This document shows, one piece after another, positions 1-8,950 of a stretch of DNA of 64,000 nt. Within the stretch, counting starts at the first letter, position 1; every line of letters starts with the position of its first letter. The translations under genes were made by a program, and so were the position numbers. The notes below the pieces were generated by a model. It had not been told where the DNA came from. It made no database searches and saw only the letters and a program-made list of their open reading frames with translations. Source of the DNA: Verrucomicrobiia bacterium (lineage in GTDB: Bacteria > Verrucomicrobiota > Verrucomicrobiia > Limisphaerales > UBA1319); contig OY760937.1 in assembly GCA_963664225.1 (NCBI GenBank), positions 3,584,001 through 3,648,000 on the forward strand, written 5' to 3'.

Positions 1-2
1 AT

Positions 3-338
3 ATGCTGCACAGCACGCCGGAGCGGGGAGTGGTATTTCCCCACGCGCGGGGCCATGGCGTGAATACGTTATCGTTTGCGGTTGGAATTTCCGCCGAAGG
101 AGTCCCCTGGGGGTCGCCCCGCAGCCCATTGGCGCGGGTGGTCGTGCTGCTGGCGGTTCCGTTGTCTGAAACCCAGGTCTATCTGAACCTGCTGTCCAGC
201 CTGTCGCGATTTGCCCAGGAGGATGATTTGCTCTCAGGACTGTGCGAATGTCGCCAACCGGAGGATATGTTTGCCCTGCTGGATTCGATCGTTCCGCCCT
301 CCAATGCGCATCATGGCTCACATGGATCATCGATTTGA
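3..338 (+). CDS. PTS EIIA-domain protein (PtsN/fructose-type), 5' end probably outside the window
   Basis: STPERGVVFPHARG resembles the EIIA phospho-His motif. GVPWGS...VVVLLAVP...YLNLLSSLSR is typical of PTS_EIIA_2. Confidence 0.75.
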   Translation: MLHSTPERGVVFPHARGHGVNTLSFAVGISAEGVPWGSPRSPLARVVVLLAVPLSETQVYLNLLSSLSRFAQEDDLLSGLCECRQPEDMFALLDSIVPPSNAHHGSHGSSI

Positions 339-374
339 TCAGGGGATGACCGCAAGTGAATATTAACCGGTAAG

Positions 375-541
375 AGATTTAACCGCAAAGAGCGCAAAGA
401 ACTCATAGAAAGAGGGTTGCAGAGGGTTTATAGAGGTTTTTGACAGCAGGAAAGCGCTACAAACCAGTGGAGTGATCGAGGCAAGTTGCGCGTGCGCAAG
501 TTCCTATCTATGTGGTCTTTGCGCTCTTTGTGGTTAAATCT
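375..541. repeat. MITE/REP-like element with 34-bp imperfect terminal inverted repeats
   Basis: 375-408 AGATTTAACCGCAAAGAGCGCAAAGAACTCATAG matches the reverse complement of 508-541 (AGATTTAACCACAAAGAGCGCAAAGACCACATAG) with 3 mismatches. Confidence 0.8.
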
Positions 542-564
542 TTCACCGTTTTCAAAATTCAGAC

Positions 565-614
565 AAAAAAATGCGCGGAATGCATCGAACTGCTGATTTC
601 GATGTACCGCGCAC
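565..614 (-). terminator. Intrinsic terminator (minus strand)
   Basis: Minus strand reads TGCGCGG-TACATCGAA...TTCGATGCA-TT-CCGCGCA followed by a T7 tract. Confidence 0.75.
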
Positions 615-724
615 TAATGGATTCTAAATCGAATGCTATGGAATACCTACGTTTGACCTATGACGGGCCGCATCTCATTGAATGATAGCGGCCTGCAAAC
701 GTATTCGCAAAACAAGAGGCTTAA

Positions 725-853
725 TTACTTACGGATGCCCTTGTTCTTCTTGCCCTGACCTTGGGGTTTCTGACCGGCAGGTGCAGCCGACTGAGGCTGG
801 GTCTGTTGGTTCGAGGAATTCTGACCGGCGTTGTTCGTATTGTTGTCGCTCAT
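725..853 (-). CDS. Small 42-aa N/Q-rich protein with basic C-terminus (not in ORF track)
   Basis: Hand translation: MSDNNTNNAGQNSSNQQTQPQSAAPAGQKPQGQGKKNKGIRK*. A-rich leader, upstream sigma54-type promoter and downstream terminator. Confidence 0.65.
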   Translation of the reverse strand: MSDNNTNNAGQNSSNQQTQPQSAAPAGQKPQGQGKKNKGIRK

Positions 854-914
854 AAATGTATGTTTTATGTTTGTTACTTAACTGGCTGATTGTTTTATCA
901 ACCGCGAACACAAT

Positions 915-931
915 ATGCAGGGGGCGTGCCA
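915..931 (-). promoter_or_regulatory. Putative sigma54 (-24/-12) promoter
   Basis: Minus strand TGGCACG-CCCC-CTGCA against consensus TGGCACG-N4-TTGC, with correct GG/GC spacing. Confidence 0.6.
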
Positions 932-1236
932 GAGGTCGGATATACTGTGTATAGGCCTAGTATATAACAAGATATGAATTATTGTGAGGTTTTTCGATTT
1001 TGGCCGCTGGGAGCTGGAAAGCCGCTTTTGCGCAATAGTTGCACCGTCAGCGGAACCCTGCGTGCAACACATTGCCCATTAGGAAGCGGATGAACCCAAT
1101 GGAACGGGTTGTTTTGGGGGAAAGAGGCTCCGTTCGTGGTTTACAGAATCAAGAATCATCGCCCCTCCATGACATCAAGCAAGGCGCCGTTGGAATCCAG
1201 TTCCATATCCAGGCAGGTTCCACTGCCTCTGCCAGG

Positions 1237-2601
1237 CTATTTGGAAAACAGGACGATGCGGTTGGTGTTTGTGCCGCGGGCGTTATTATCCACGCCCCAG
1301 CAGTTGGCTGTTTTGGTGAAGATCTGGGAGTTGATCAGGACCAGCCTCGGATGCAGCCCTGCCGCGATGCCGCATTCGAGGACGGCATCTTCGAGGCGCG
1401 TGGCTCCGGCATGGACCTCCCCCACTTCGAAGGCGATATGGCCCTTTGGATGGAGCACGCGGGCCAGTTCCTTGAACACGGCGGTCATGGCCTCGCGCCA
1501 CACGTCGAGTTTCTTGGGCACTGTCAGATGCACGCCTTCCAGATCGATTCCCAGAAACCAGCAGCGCAGCCAGTTGTCGCCCGCATAGTTGACGATATCG
1601 AGAAACGGCGGCGAAGTGACTACGAGGTTCACAGAGCCGGAGGGGATTTCAGGAGTCGCCGCGCAGGATTGGGTCAGGAGCATGGATTGCTTCGACGCGC
1701 GGGCAAGGGTTGCGCGCGTTCCCTCATTCAGTTCAGCCATAAGCTGCCGGGATTTCTTGAGTATGATCGTCGGCACCATCCGCCTCGGTGGCGTCTGATT
1801 GCGGCGCATATTGATGCGCGTCTGGGACTTGATGGAGACGGCCTGATTGGGCGGCAGCGTATAGACGCTGAAAAAACCGGCGGAATGGCCTGTGAGGCGG
1901 TTGAGGGCGACCATGGCAATCCAATGGTCCACGGAGTCCGTGAGGTTCCGCGCCTTGCGGTCCAGCAGGTATTCCTTAAGGGCGATGATTTCCCTCAACG
2001 TGTCCGGGTGATAGAACACGAGCAGGTCTTCGCGCCACTCTTTGGCCCTGGAAAAATCGATCTGCGCGATCCGTTCAGAAACCTCCTTCTCCGAAGGGGG
2101 ACACAAACGTGGACGGGTCAAAGTGACACTCAAGGGATTGACATCGCAGCCGAGGGGTTCGCGGCCCAGCAGCGCCGCCTCGATGAGCGTGGTGCCCCGG
2201 CCCATGAAGGGATCATAGACACGGTCGCCGGGACTCGTGAAACGCTCAATGAAAAACCGGGGCAACTGGGGCTTGAAACAGGCCCGATAGGAAACTTCGT
2301 GGAGGCTGTTCGCGGCGCGCTGTACGGCGGTCCAGAACTCATTGACGTAGGTCGGCACGTCGCGCTTTGTGCCATCCGACATCACGCTTGGGGTGGTCAG
2401 AATCTGGGTGGGCTTGCCAAACTCACAGAAGGCCGCCAGTTCGGACTCGATCGCGGCCTCGATTGACGCGTGCGTTTTTTGGGGCGCGCGCGCCGCCGCG
2501 GCCGCTTGCGACCGCTTGCCCAACTTCGGTTTCCCCGGTTCCACCGACACAGTGTCGGCAAAGCCAAATTCCAAATGAGCCGGATTTGTTTTTGCGCGCA
2601 C
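1237..2601 (-). CDS. Site-specific DNA methyltransferase (N4-C/N6-A, alpha-type motif order), orphan
   Basis: Motif I DPFMGRGTT precedes motif IV VTSPPF. Start is uncertain; GTG at 2601 just after tyrS was chosen. Confidence 0.8.
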   Translation of the reverse strand: MRAKTNPAHLEFGFADTVSVEPGKPKLGKRSQAAAAARAPQKTHASIEAAIESELAAFCEFGKPTQILTTPSVMSDGTKRDVPTYVNEFWTAVQRAANSLHEVSYRACFKPQLPRFFIERFTSPGDRVYDPFMGRGTTLIEAALLGREPLGCDVNPLSVTLTRPRLCPPSEKEVSERIAQIDFSRAKEWREDLLVFYHPDTLREIIALKEYLLDRKARNLTDSVDHWIAMVALNRLTGHSAGFFSVYTLPPNQAVSIKSQTRINMRRNQTPPRRMVPTIILKKSRQLMAELNEGTRATLARASKQSMLLTQSCAATPEIPSGSVNLVVTSPPFLDIVNYAGDNWLRCWFLGIDLEGVHLTVPKKLDVWREAMTAVFKELARVLHPKGHIAFEVGEVHAGATRLEDAVLECGIAAGLHPRLVLINSQIFTKTANCWGVDNNARGTNTNRIVLFSK

Positions 2602-2615
2602 TGGAAAAATTCGGA

Positions 2616-3893
2616 TTACCGACTGAGCACGACGTAATTTCTTTTGCCTTTGCGCAACAACAGGTGTTTGCCGAAAAGCAAATCCGCAGAGGTGACGTTG
2701 CGATGAGTTCCCTCCACGCGGGTATTGTTCAGATAAATGCCGCCGCCCTCGACATCCTTGCGGGCCTGGCCCTTGGACTGGCACAAGCCGGAAAGCACCA
2801 ACAGGTCGCCAATCGGCGTTCCCGCACCCTCCAGCGGCGTGGCGTCCAATGACTTCGTGGGGACTTCACCGGCGACATCGTTGAAGGTGGCCTCGGACAC
2901 ACCGGTCAATTCGCCGCCGAAAAGAATTTCACTGGCACGCACGGCGTCGGCCAATGCGGCCTCGCCATGAATGAGCGTGGTGACCTCGCGAGCCAGGGCC
3001 TTGTGGGCGGCGCGGGCCTCGGGTTTCTGCGCGTGTTGCGCGGCCAGGTCGTCGATCTGTTCCTTCGGCAGGAAGGTGAAAAACTTGAGCAGCTTGATCA
3101 CGTCCCGGTCGTCGGTGCGAATCCAGAACTGGTAAAAACGATAGACGCTGGTTTTCGCCGGATCGAGCCAGATGGCGCCCGCGACGGATTTGCCGAACTT
3201 CGAGCCGTCGGCATTGGTGATCAACGGCACGGTGAGTCCGTAGGCCTGGCGGTTGAGTTTTTTGCGGCACAAATCGATGCCAGCGGTGATGTTGCCCCAT
3301 TGGTCGCTGCCGCCGATCTGGAGTTCGCAATCGAACGCCCCGCATTGGTGGCAGAAATCGTAGGCCTGGAGCAGCATGTAGCTGAACTCGGTGTAGCTGA
3401 TGCCGACCTCGCGATCCTCCATGCGGGCGCGCACGCTCTCCTTGGCGATCATCATGTTGACCGTGAAATATTTGCCAACGTCGCGGAGAAAATCCAGGAA
3501 CGTGATCGGCGCAAACCAGTCGGCGTTGTCGTGCAGGCGGGCGGGATTGCCGGGGCGGTCGAATTCCAGCAGGCGGCGCAACTGGTTCTTCACGCACGCG
3601 ATGTTGCCGGTGAGCGTTTCGCGATTGAGCAACTGGCGCTCGGTCGTTTTGCCGCTGGGATCGCCAATCAACCCGGTGGCTCCACCGGCGAGCGCAATCG
3701 GCAGGTGGCCGCACAATTGGAAGCGGCGCAGCGTCAGCAACGGCACGAGATTGCCCACATGGAGGCTGTCCGCAGTGGGGTCAAATCCACAGTACAGGGT
3801 GATCGGACCCTTCTCCAGCCGCTTGGCCAGACCGGGCATGTCCGTGCAATCCATCAATAATCCGCGCCATTCCAATTCCTGTAAAATATTCAT
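2616..3893 (-). CDS. tyrS: Tyrosine--tRNA ligase
   Basis: GFDPTADSLHVGN (HIGH), QIGGSDQWGNI, KFGKS (KMSKS) and a C-terminal S4 domain. Confidence 0.98.
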   Translation of the reverse strand: MNILQELEWRGLLMDCTDMPGLAKRLEKGPITLYCGFDPTADSLHVGNLVPLLTLRRFQLCGHLPIALAGGATGLIGDPSGKTTERQLLNRETLTGNIACVKNQLRRLLEFDRPGNPARLHDNADWFAPITFLDFLRDVGKYFTVNMMIAKESVRARMEDREVGISYTEFSYMLLQAYDFCHQCGAFDCELQIGGSDQWGNITAGIDLCRKKLNRQAYGLTVPLITNADGSKFGKSVAGAIWLDPAKTSVYRFYQFWIRTDDRDVIKLLKFFTFLPKEQIDDLAAQHAQKPEARAAHKALAREVTTLIHGEAALADAVRASEILFGGELTGVSEATFNDVAGEVPTKSLDATPLEGAGTPIGDLLVLSGLCQSKGQARKDVEGGGIYLNNTRVEGTHRNVTSADLLFGKHLLLRKGKRNYVVLSR

Positions 3894-4206
3894 GATCGAT
3901 CCTCGAGGCGTGGGGGCGGAAACCGGTCGTTCCGGAAAAATCGTCCGCTCTCAAGCCACGATTGTCAGCGATTCTAGGGAACGTTCCGAAAAAAACGAAT
4001 ATTTTATCGCGGAGGAAAAAAACGGCCCGAGTCGAATCCAATGAAAACATATCAGCAGTTGCAATCGAGAGAGATAATCTACTTGCTGAGGCAGCAGTCA
4101 AAAGCACTTGAAAAATGAAGTGCCACAAGGAAAAGGCGATTTTCAAGAACTCCTTTTACTGAGAGAAAGGCACATTTGCCCTCCGTTTGAATTATTGCTG
4201 AAACGT

Positions 4207-4695
4207 TTATCGCCGATTCTCTGGAGCGTCTAACAAAGCAGCAACACTACGAAATGCTTCAAAGTTCTTTCCAGAGATATTGATTCCTGTTCGAAGCCTG
4301 TCAAGGTACTCAAAGTATTTTTTAACTTCATTATTACGATATATCCGAATGAATTCGTATTTAATCAAATTCAAGTCTTTGAGTGTGATTACACCCAAAC
4401 GATGTAGTACTGCTATCTTTTCGAAATAGCTCAGAAGAAGGTCAAGCATTCGCTCCTCAGGGGAATTGTGAAATTCTGGACCATACCTAAACTGACCATA
4501 GTCTATCGAATAAAACATTTTCGCGGCTTCAGGATCTGCTGTATATTTGTGAAATACAGAGACGATGAATTCTGCACGTTTGCGCTTGGAGTCCTGCCAA
4601 AGCTGCCAAAGCGTGAGAAATAACCCCAATGCCGCCATCAGGAAACCGGCTGCAGCAATAAGATCGCCAAGACTGAATTCTGGTTTGAATGTCAT
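4207..4695 (-). CDS. Hypothetical protein with N-terminal TM helix (DUF4760-like), low GC
   Basis: 162-aa ATG ORF with hydrophobic N-terminus and helical C-terminus. Visibly AT-richer than the flanks. Confidence 0.65.
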   Translation of the reverse strand: MTFKPEFSLGDLIAAAGFLMAALGLFLTLWQLWQDSKRKRAEFIVSVFHKYTADPEAAKMFYSIDYGQFRYGPEFHNSPEERMLDLLLSYFEKIAVLHRLGVITLKDLNLIKYEFIRIYRNNEVKKYFEYLDRLRTGINISGKNFEAFRSVAALLDAPENRR

Positions 4696-4867
4696 ATTAA
4701 GTCAGAAGCGCATATCAACGTTATTCCTTTAAACCGCCAAAACTGGAAACAAATCGGATTGCCAGTAATATTTAAGTGAATAAACGCATGATATTACATT
4801 CAGAGCAAGACATTATTTATGCCGAAAAAAGTACATGCCTGCAGGAAAATCTGGAATCAGCGAACGT

Positions 4868-4952
4868 CAGCGCGAACGGCGAGAACGCATATAAACCTGG
4901 AGCAACGCCACAGTTAAACCGAGACCAACAAAACAAAGGGCTGAAGGCTCGT
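4868..4952. repeat. Degenerate REP-like element
   Basis: AGCGCGAACGGCG...CCTGGAGCAACGCCACAG...AGGGCTGAAGGCTCG resembles the tripartite REPs flanking the transposase at 15.1 kb (AGGGCTGAAAGCCTG). Confidence 0.45.
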
Positions 4953-4963
4953 GAAGGACCTTA

Positions 4964-5296
4964 TCACAGTTTGACGACGACCTGTCTCGACTTCCAATAA
5001 AAGGCAAAACCAGCGGCACCCATCAGCAAGGGCACGAGAAACAGCCAGCCAAGGTCGAAGTGGAATTGAAATTCATCGCGCTGCAGCGATAATGGAATCT
5101 GGGCGCAAACTCCCATCAATCCAAAAATGAGCGGGGCGAGCGCAAACCAAAGTCGCCGTCTCTGAGTGGATGCGCGCATCGAAATCAAACCGCTCACGCA
5201 GAGGCCGCCCCAAACAAGCAATACAGCGCCCAGTATGGCCAGTATGGGCCAATACTCGCGCGGGTCGTTGATGATGTCGTGGATCAATTCGCGCAT
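4964..5296 (-). CDS. Hypothetical membrane protein (3 predicted TM)
   Basis: 110-aa ATG ORF with three hydrophobic stretches. Confidence 0.6.
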   Translation of the reverse strand: MRELIHDIINDPREYWPILAILGAVLLVWGGLCVSGLISMRASTQRRRLWFALAPLIFGLMGVCAQIPLSLQRDEFQFHFDLGWLFLVPLLMGAAGFAFYWKSRQVVVKL

Positions 5297-5545
5297 AATT
5301 TTAATTGTTGGAGAACGCTCCCCCCATGGTTCGGTTCGTGCCTGGTTTTCGAATTCGTTTCACCAAACAGCCTGCGGCGACAGTTGCGGTCTCTCGCAGT
5401 TCTGCCTGCTCTTATGATTGTCAGAATCTCACGCCGCCAGCAAGATTGTTTGCGCGCGAGTCGGCCACGCCATTGCGGCGGCGATCGCGCAGGGTTAGGG
5501 TAGGCGGCGGCGCGACCGGTTCCAATGTGGAAAAGGCGGCCGCGA

Positions 5546-8239
5546 ATGAGCCGGTTTCTTGTGAGCGAATTAACCGAAGATAACACGATCGTGATTCGCG
5601 GGGCGCGCGAGCACAATTTAAAGAACATCTCGCTGGAAATCCCGCGCGGCAAATTTGTCGTGGTGACGGGTGTCAGCGGTTCGGGCAAGAGCACGCTGGC
5701 GTTCGATCTGCTGTTTGCGGAGGGGCAGCGGCGGTTTCTGGACGCGATGAATGCCTATGCGCGGCAATTCGTGGAGCAACTGCCCCGGCCGGACGTGGAT
5801 TTGATTTCGGGCATCCCCCCCTCGGTGAGCATTGAGCAGCGCAACAGCCGGGGCGGCGGCAAAAGCACGGTGTCCACCGTGACGGAGATTTACCATTTTC
5901 TGCGGCTGCTTTTCGCGCGTTTGGGAACGACCTACTGCCCGGATTGCCAGTTGCCCGTGGAGGCGCGCACCCGGGATGCGGTGGGCCGCGCGCTGCTCCA
6001 GGAAATGAAAAAGCGCGGAGACCTCCTGCTCCTGGCGCCTGTGGTCAAGAATCGCAAGGGCTTTCATACCGACGTGGCGGCCTGGGCGGCGCGACGCGGT
6101 TATGCGGAAATCCGGGCGGATGGGAAGATGCTGCCGACGAGCGAGGTGCTGCGGATGGACCGCTTCCATGAGCACAACGTGGAGATTGTGACCGGGATTC
6201 TGGAGAGCAAGCGCGGCCACAAGGGCCCCCCGGCGCAGGAGTTGATCGACGAGGCGCTCAAGCTGGGCGGCGGTGTGGTGTATGCGTTGGACAATCACAA
6301 GACGACCACGATGCATTCCACGGAACGGGCCTGCCCCAAATGCAGCCGTTCGTTTGAGCCGCTGGATCCCCGGATGCTCAGCTACAATTCCCCTCGTGGG
6401 TGGTGCCCGCGCTGTCGCGGTTTTGGAGAGCTTTTCTTCCTGCCCGATGTGGAGCGGGGCGCGAACGCCGAGTCCATTGAGGAATCCTGGTATAGCTGGC
6501 AGGAGGGCGAGCGGGAGCCGTGCCCGGAATGCGGTGGCGGACGCCTGAATGCCGTGGCGCGGGCCGTGCGCCTGGACGCGGTCGTGCGCGGTGGTCGGAC
6601 CCCCGGTCCCACGCTGGATCTGCTGGCCGCAATGGATGTGCAGGAAGCGTCGCGGTATTTTGGGAAGTGGCAGTTGACGGGCCGGTCCGCAGCGGTGGCG
6701 CGGGATATCCTGCCGGAAATCTGCGAGCGGCTGAAATTTCTTCGCGAGGTGGGCCTGGGCTACCTGCAACTGGGGCGCGGCGTGACGACCTTGTCCAGCG
6801 GCGAGTCCCAGCGCATCCGGCTGGCGGCGCAACTGGGATCGAATTTAAGCGGGGTGCTCTATGTGCTGGACGAGCCGACCATTGGCCTGCACGCGCGGGA
6901 CAACGAGCAATTGCTGGCCACGCTGGCGGCGTTGCGCGCGCGTGGGAATTCGCTGGTGGTGGTGGAGCATGACGAGGCGACCATGCGCCAGGCCGATCAC
7001 ATCATCGACCTGGGACCCGGCGCGGGCGTGCATGGAGGCGAGGTCGTGGCCAGCGGCACGCTTGCCGAATTGATGCGCCACCCGGAATCGTTGACTGGCC
7101 AGTTCCTGCGGACCAAGCGGACTTATCCCGCGCGGGGCGAGCGCCGTCCTGTGACAGGGCTGAAGAAGATTTCCAAGGATGGCAGTTCTGGTTATGCAGG
7201 CTGGCTGGTGCTTGAAAAAGCGGCGCGGAATAATTTGAAGGACGTGACTGTGGCGTTTCCGCTGAACCGCCTGGTGGTGGTGTCCGGCGTCAGCGGTTCC
7301 GGCAAGAGCACGCTCACTCGCGAATGCCTGCTTCCGGCGCTGGCGGCGAAACTCGGGAATGCAAAGGGCAAATCCGTTCCAAACAACCAGGGTGGCACGT
7401 TGCATGGATGGGAGGCGCTCAAGGCGGTTTATGAAGTCGATCAGGCGCCCATCGGACGCACGCCTCGTTCCATACCGGCGACCTATGTGGGCTTTTTCGA
7501 CGCCATACGGCAGATGTATGCGCAGGTGCCCGAGGCGCGGTTGCGCGGCTACAGTCCAAGCCGGTTTTCATTCAACAGCGCGCAAGGGCGATGTCCCGAG
7601 TGCGAAGGCGCGGGAGTGATCAAACTGGAAATGAATTTTCTGCCTGCGGCACTGGTGCGTTGTGAAACCTGCGCGGGCACGCGGTTCAACCGCGAAACGC
7701 TGGATATTGAATTTCACGGACGGAACATTGCGCAGACGCTCGACTTGAGCGTGGCCGAGGCGATTGATTTCTTCCAGGCGCTGCCCGCGATCCGGCGTCC
7801 GCTTGAGGCGCTGCGCGATACGGGGCTTCATTATTTGAAACTGGGCCAGACCAGTCCCACACTGAGTGGCGGCGAGGCCCAGCGCATCAAACTGGTCACC
7901 CACCTGCTTTCCGGATTCAAGCAGGCGGCCGGGGCGCGTTCCCGCATGGGGGCCGCAGGGTCGTCCCTGTTTTTGCTGGAGGAACCGACCATTGGGCTTC
8001 ACGGGGCCGATGTGGTCAAATTGGTGGAGGTTCTTCAAAGACTACTGGACGCGGGGCACTCGGTCATCGTCATCGAGCACAACCTGGATTTGATCGCCGA
8101 GGCGGATTGGGTGATCGATCTGGGACCGGAGGGTGGGGCGGGGGGCGGAACGGTCGTGGCGTGTGGTCCGCCGGAAATAATCGTGCGAAATAAGGACTCG
8201 CAAACCGGGCGGTTTTTGCGTAATCTGCTCCGTCCATGA
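5546..8239 (+). CDS. uvrA: Excinuclease ABC subunit A family protein
   Basis: GAREHNLKN, two Walker A GVSGSGKST, LSSGESQR and LSGGEAQR signatures, CxxC zinc fingers. Start could be 5525, 5546 or 5561. Confidence 0.93.
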   Translation: MSRFLVSELTEDNTIVIRGAREHNLKNISLEIPRGKFVVVTGVSGSGKSTLAFDLLFAEGQRRFLDAMNAYARQFVEQLPRPDVDLISGIPPSVSIEQRNSRGGGKSTVSTVTEIYHFLRLLFARLGTTYCPDCQLPVEARTRDAVGRALLQEMKKRGDLLLLAPVVKNRKGFHTDVAAWAARRGYAEIRADGKMLPTSEVLRMDRFHEHNVEIVTGILESKRGHKGPPAQELIDEALKLGGGVVYALDNHKTTTMHSTERACPKCSRSFEPLDPRMLSYNSPRGWCPRCRGFGELFFLPDVERGANAESIEESWYSWQEGEREPCPECGGGRLNAVARAVRLDAVVRGGRTPGPTLDLLAAMDVQEASRYFGKWQLTGRSAAVARDILPEICERLKFLREVGLGYLQLGRGVTTLSSGESQRIRLAAQLGSNLSGVLYVLDEPTIGLHARDNEQLLATLAALRARGNSLVVVEHDEATMRQADHIIDLGPGAGVHGGEVVASGTLAELMRHPESLTGQFLRTKRTYPARGERRPVTGLKKISKDGSSGYAGWLVLEKAARNNLKDVTVAFPLNRLVVVSGVSGSGKSTLTRECLLPALAAKLGNAKGKSVPNNQGGTLHGWEALKAVYEVDQAPIGRTPRSIPATYVGFFDAIRQMYAQVPEARLRGYSPSRFSFNSAQGRCPECEGAGVIKLEMNFLPAALVRCETCAGTRFNRETLDIEFHGRNIAQTLDLSVAEAIDFFQALPAIRRPLEALRDTGLHYLKLGQTSPTLSGGEAQRIKLVTHLLSGFKQAAGARSRMGAAGSSLFLLEEPTIGLHGADVVKLVEVLQRLLDAGHSVIVIEHNLDLIAEADWVIDLGPEGGAGGGTVVACGPPEIIVRNKDSQTGRFLRNLLRP

Positions 8240-8706
8240 GCGATCCATACGAGGAAATAGTGGATGGTGAAACGCTGCTGCGGCTCCCTCCCAGCCCGCG
8301 ACACGAAGTCATTTGCCAGCGGCTGCATGCGACCGTGGCCACGGGGCTTGCCACCGTTTCCACGTCCCGTCTGCTTGCCGCCCGCTCCGTCGTCCAACTG
8401 GCTGCCGGAACACTGGTTCGGCCGGATCTGTCGCTGGTGACCGCCGCCACCGGCAAAATCTGGCTGGTCGCGGAAATCATCAGCTCGGACGATCATAAAT
8501 CCGACACGGTCATCAAAAAGATGATCTATGAGGAAATCAACCTGCCGAGGCTGTGGATGGTAGATCCACGGTATAACAACGTGGAAATCTATCACGGCAC
8601 CCCGTATGGTCTGGCTCTCAAATATATTCTTGCGGGGAAGGACTTGATCACCGAGGCCCTGCTGCCCGGTTTGGGCTTGACAGTGGACGAGCTGTTTCAG
8701 GTTTGA
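8236..8706 (+). CDS. Uma2-family putative restriction endonuclease
   Basis: EIVDGE...PSPRHE...RPDL...AEIIS...K..Y...LWMVDP pattern. ATGA overlap with uvrA. Confidence 0.8.
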   Translation: MSDPYEEIVDGETLLRLPPSPRHEVICQRLHATVATGLATVSTSRLLAARSVVQLAAGTLVRPDLSLVTAATGKIWLVAEIISSDDHKSDTVIKKMIYEEINLPRLWMVDPRYNNVEIYHGTPYGLALKYILAGKDLITEALLPGLGLTVDELFQV

Positions 8707-8950
8707 AGTCATTGCGAGAGGGGGCTTTCCAGCATGACCCCGTGCGGGAAATGGCAAAAAAGGAGGAGGAAATAACAAAATCGGTGTTTTTAAGTTGCTT
8801 ATGGTTATGATAAGCTAAGCGAAATCATGAAGGGCCCATTGCGAATTCGTCCCGGATCGAATCATGGAACCGACGTCAGGAGAGGACGTGGGGCGCGCGG
8901 TGGTTTCATCGAAGTGGCGGAGGGTCAAAGACTTGGGCAATAGAGGTGGC

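Noticed and set aside
729..911. 60-aa ORF from the track
   Set aside because: Weak start and no recognisable composition. The overlapping ATG frame 853-725 fits the promoter and leader better.
1039..2466. 475-aa plus-strand ORF
   Set aside because: Antisense shadow of the methyltransferase with no motifs. Long shadow ORFs are expected in GC-rich DNA.
3894..4200. T-box leader for tyrS
   Set aside because: No T-box consensus or terminator/antiterminator recognised.
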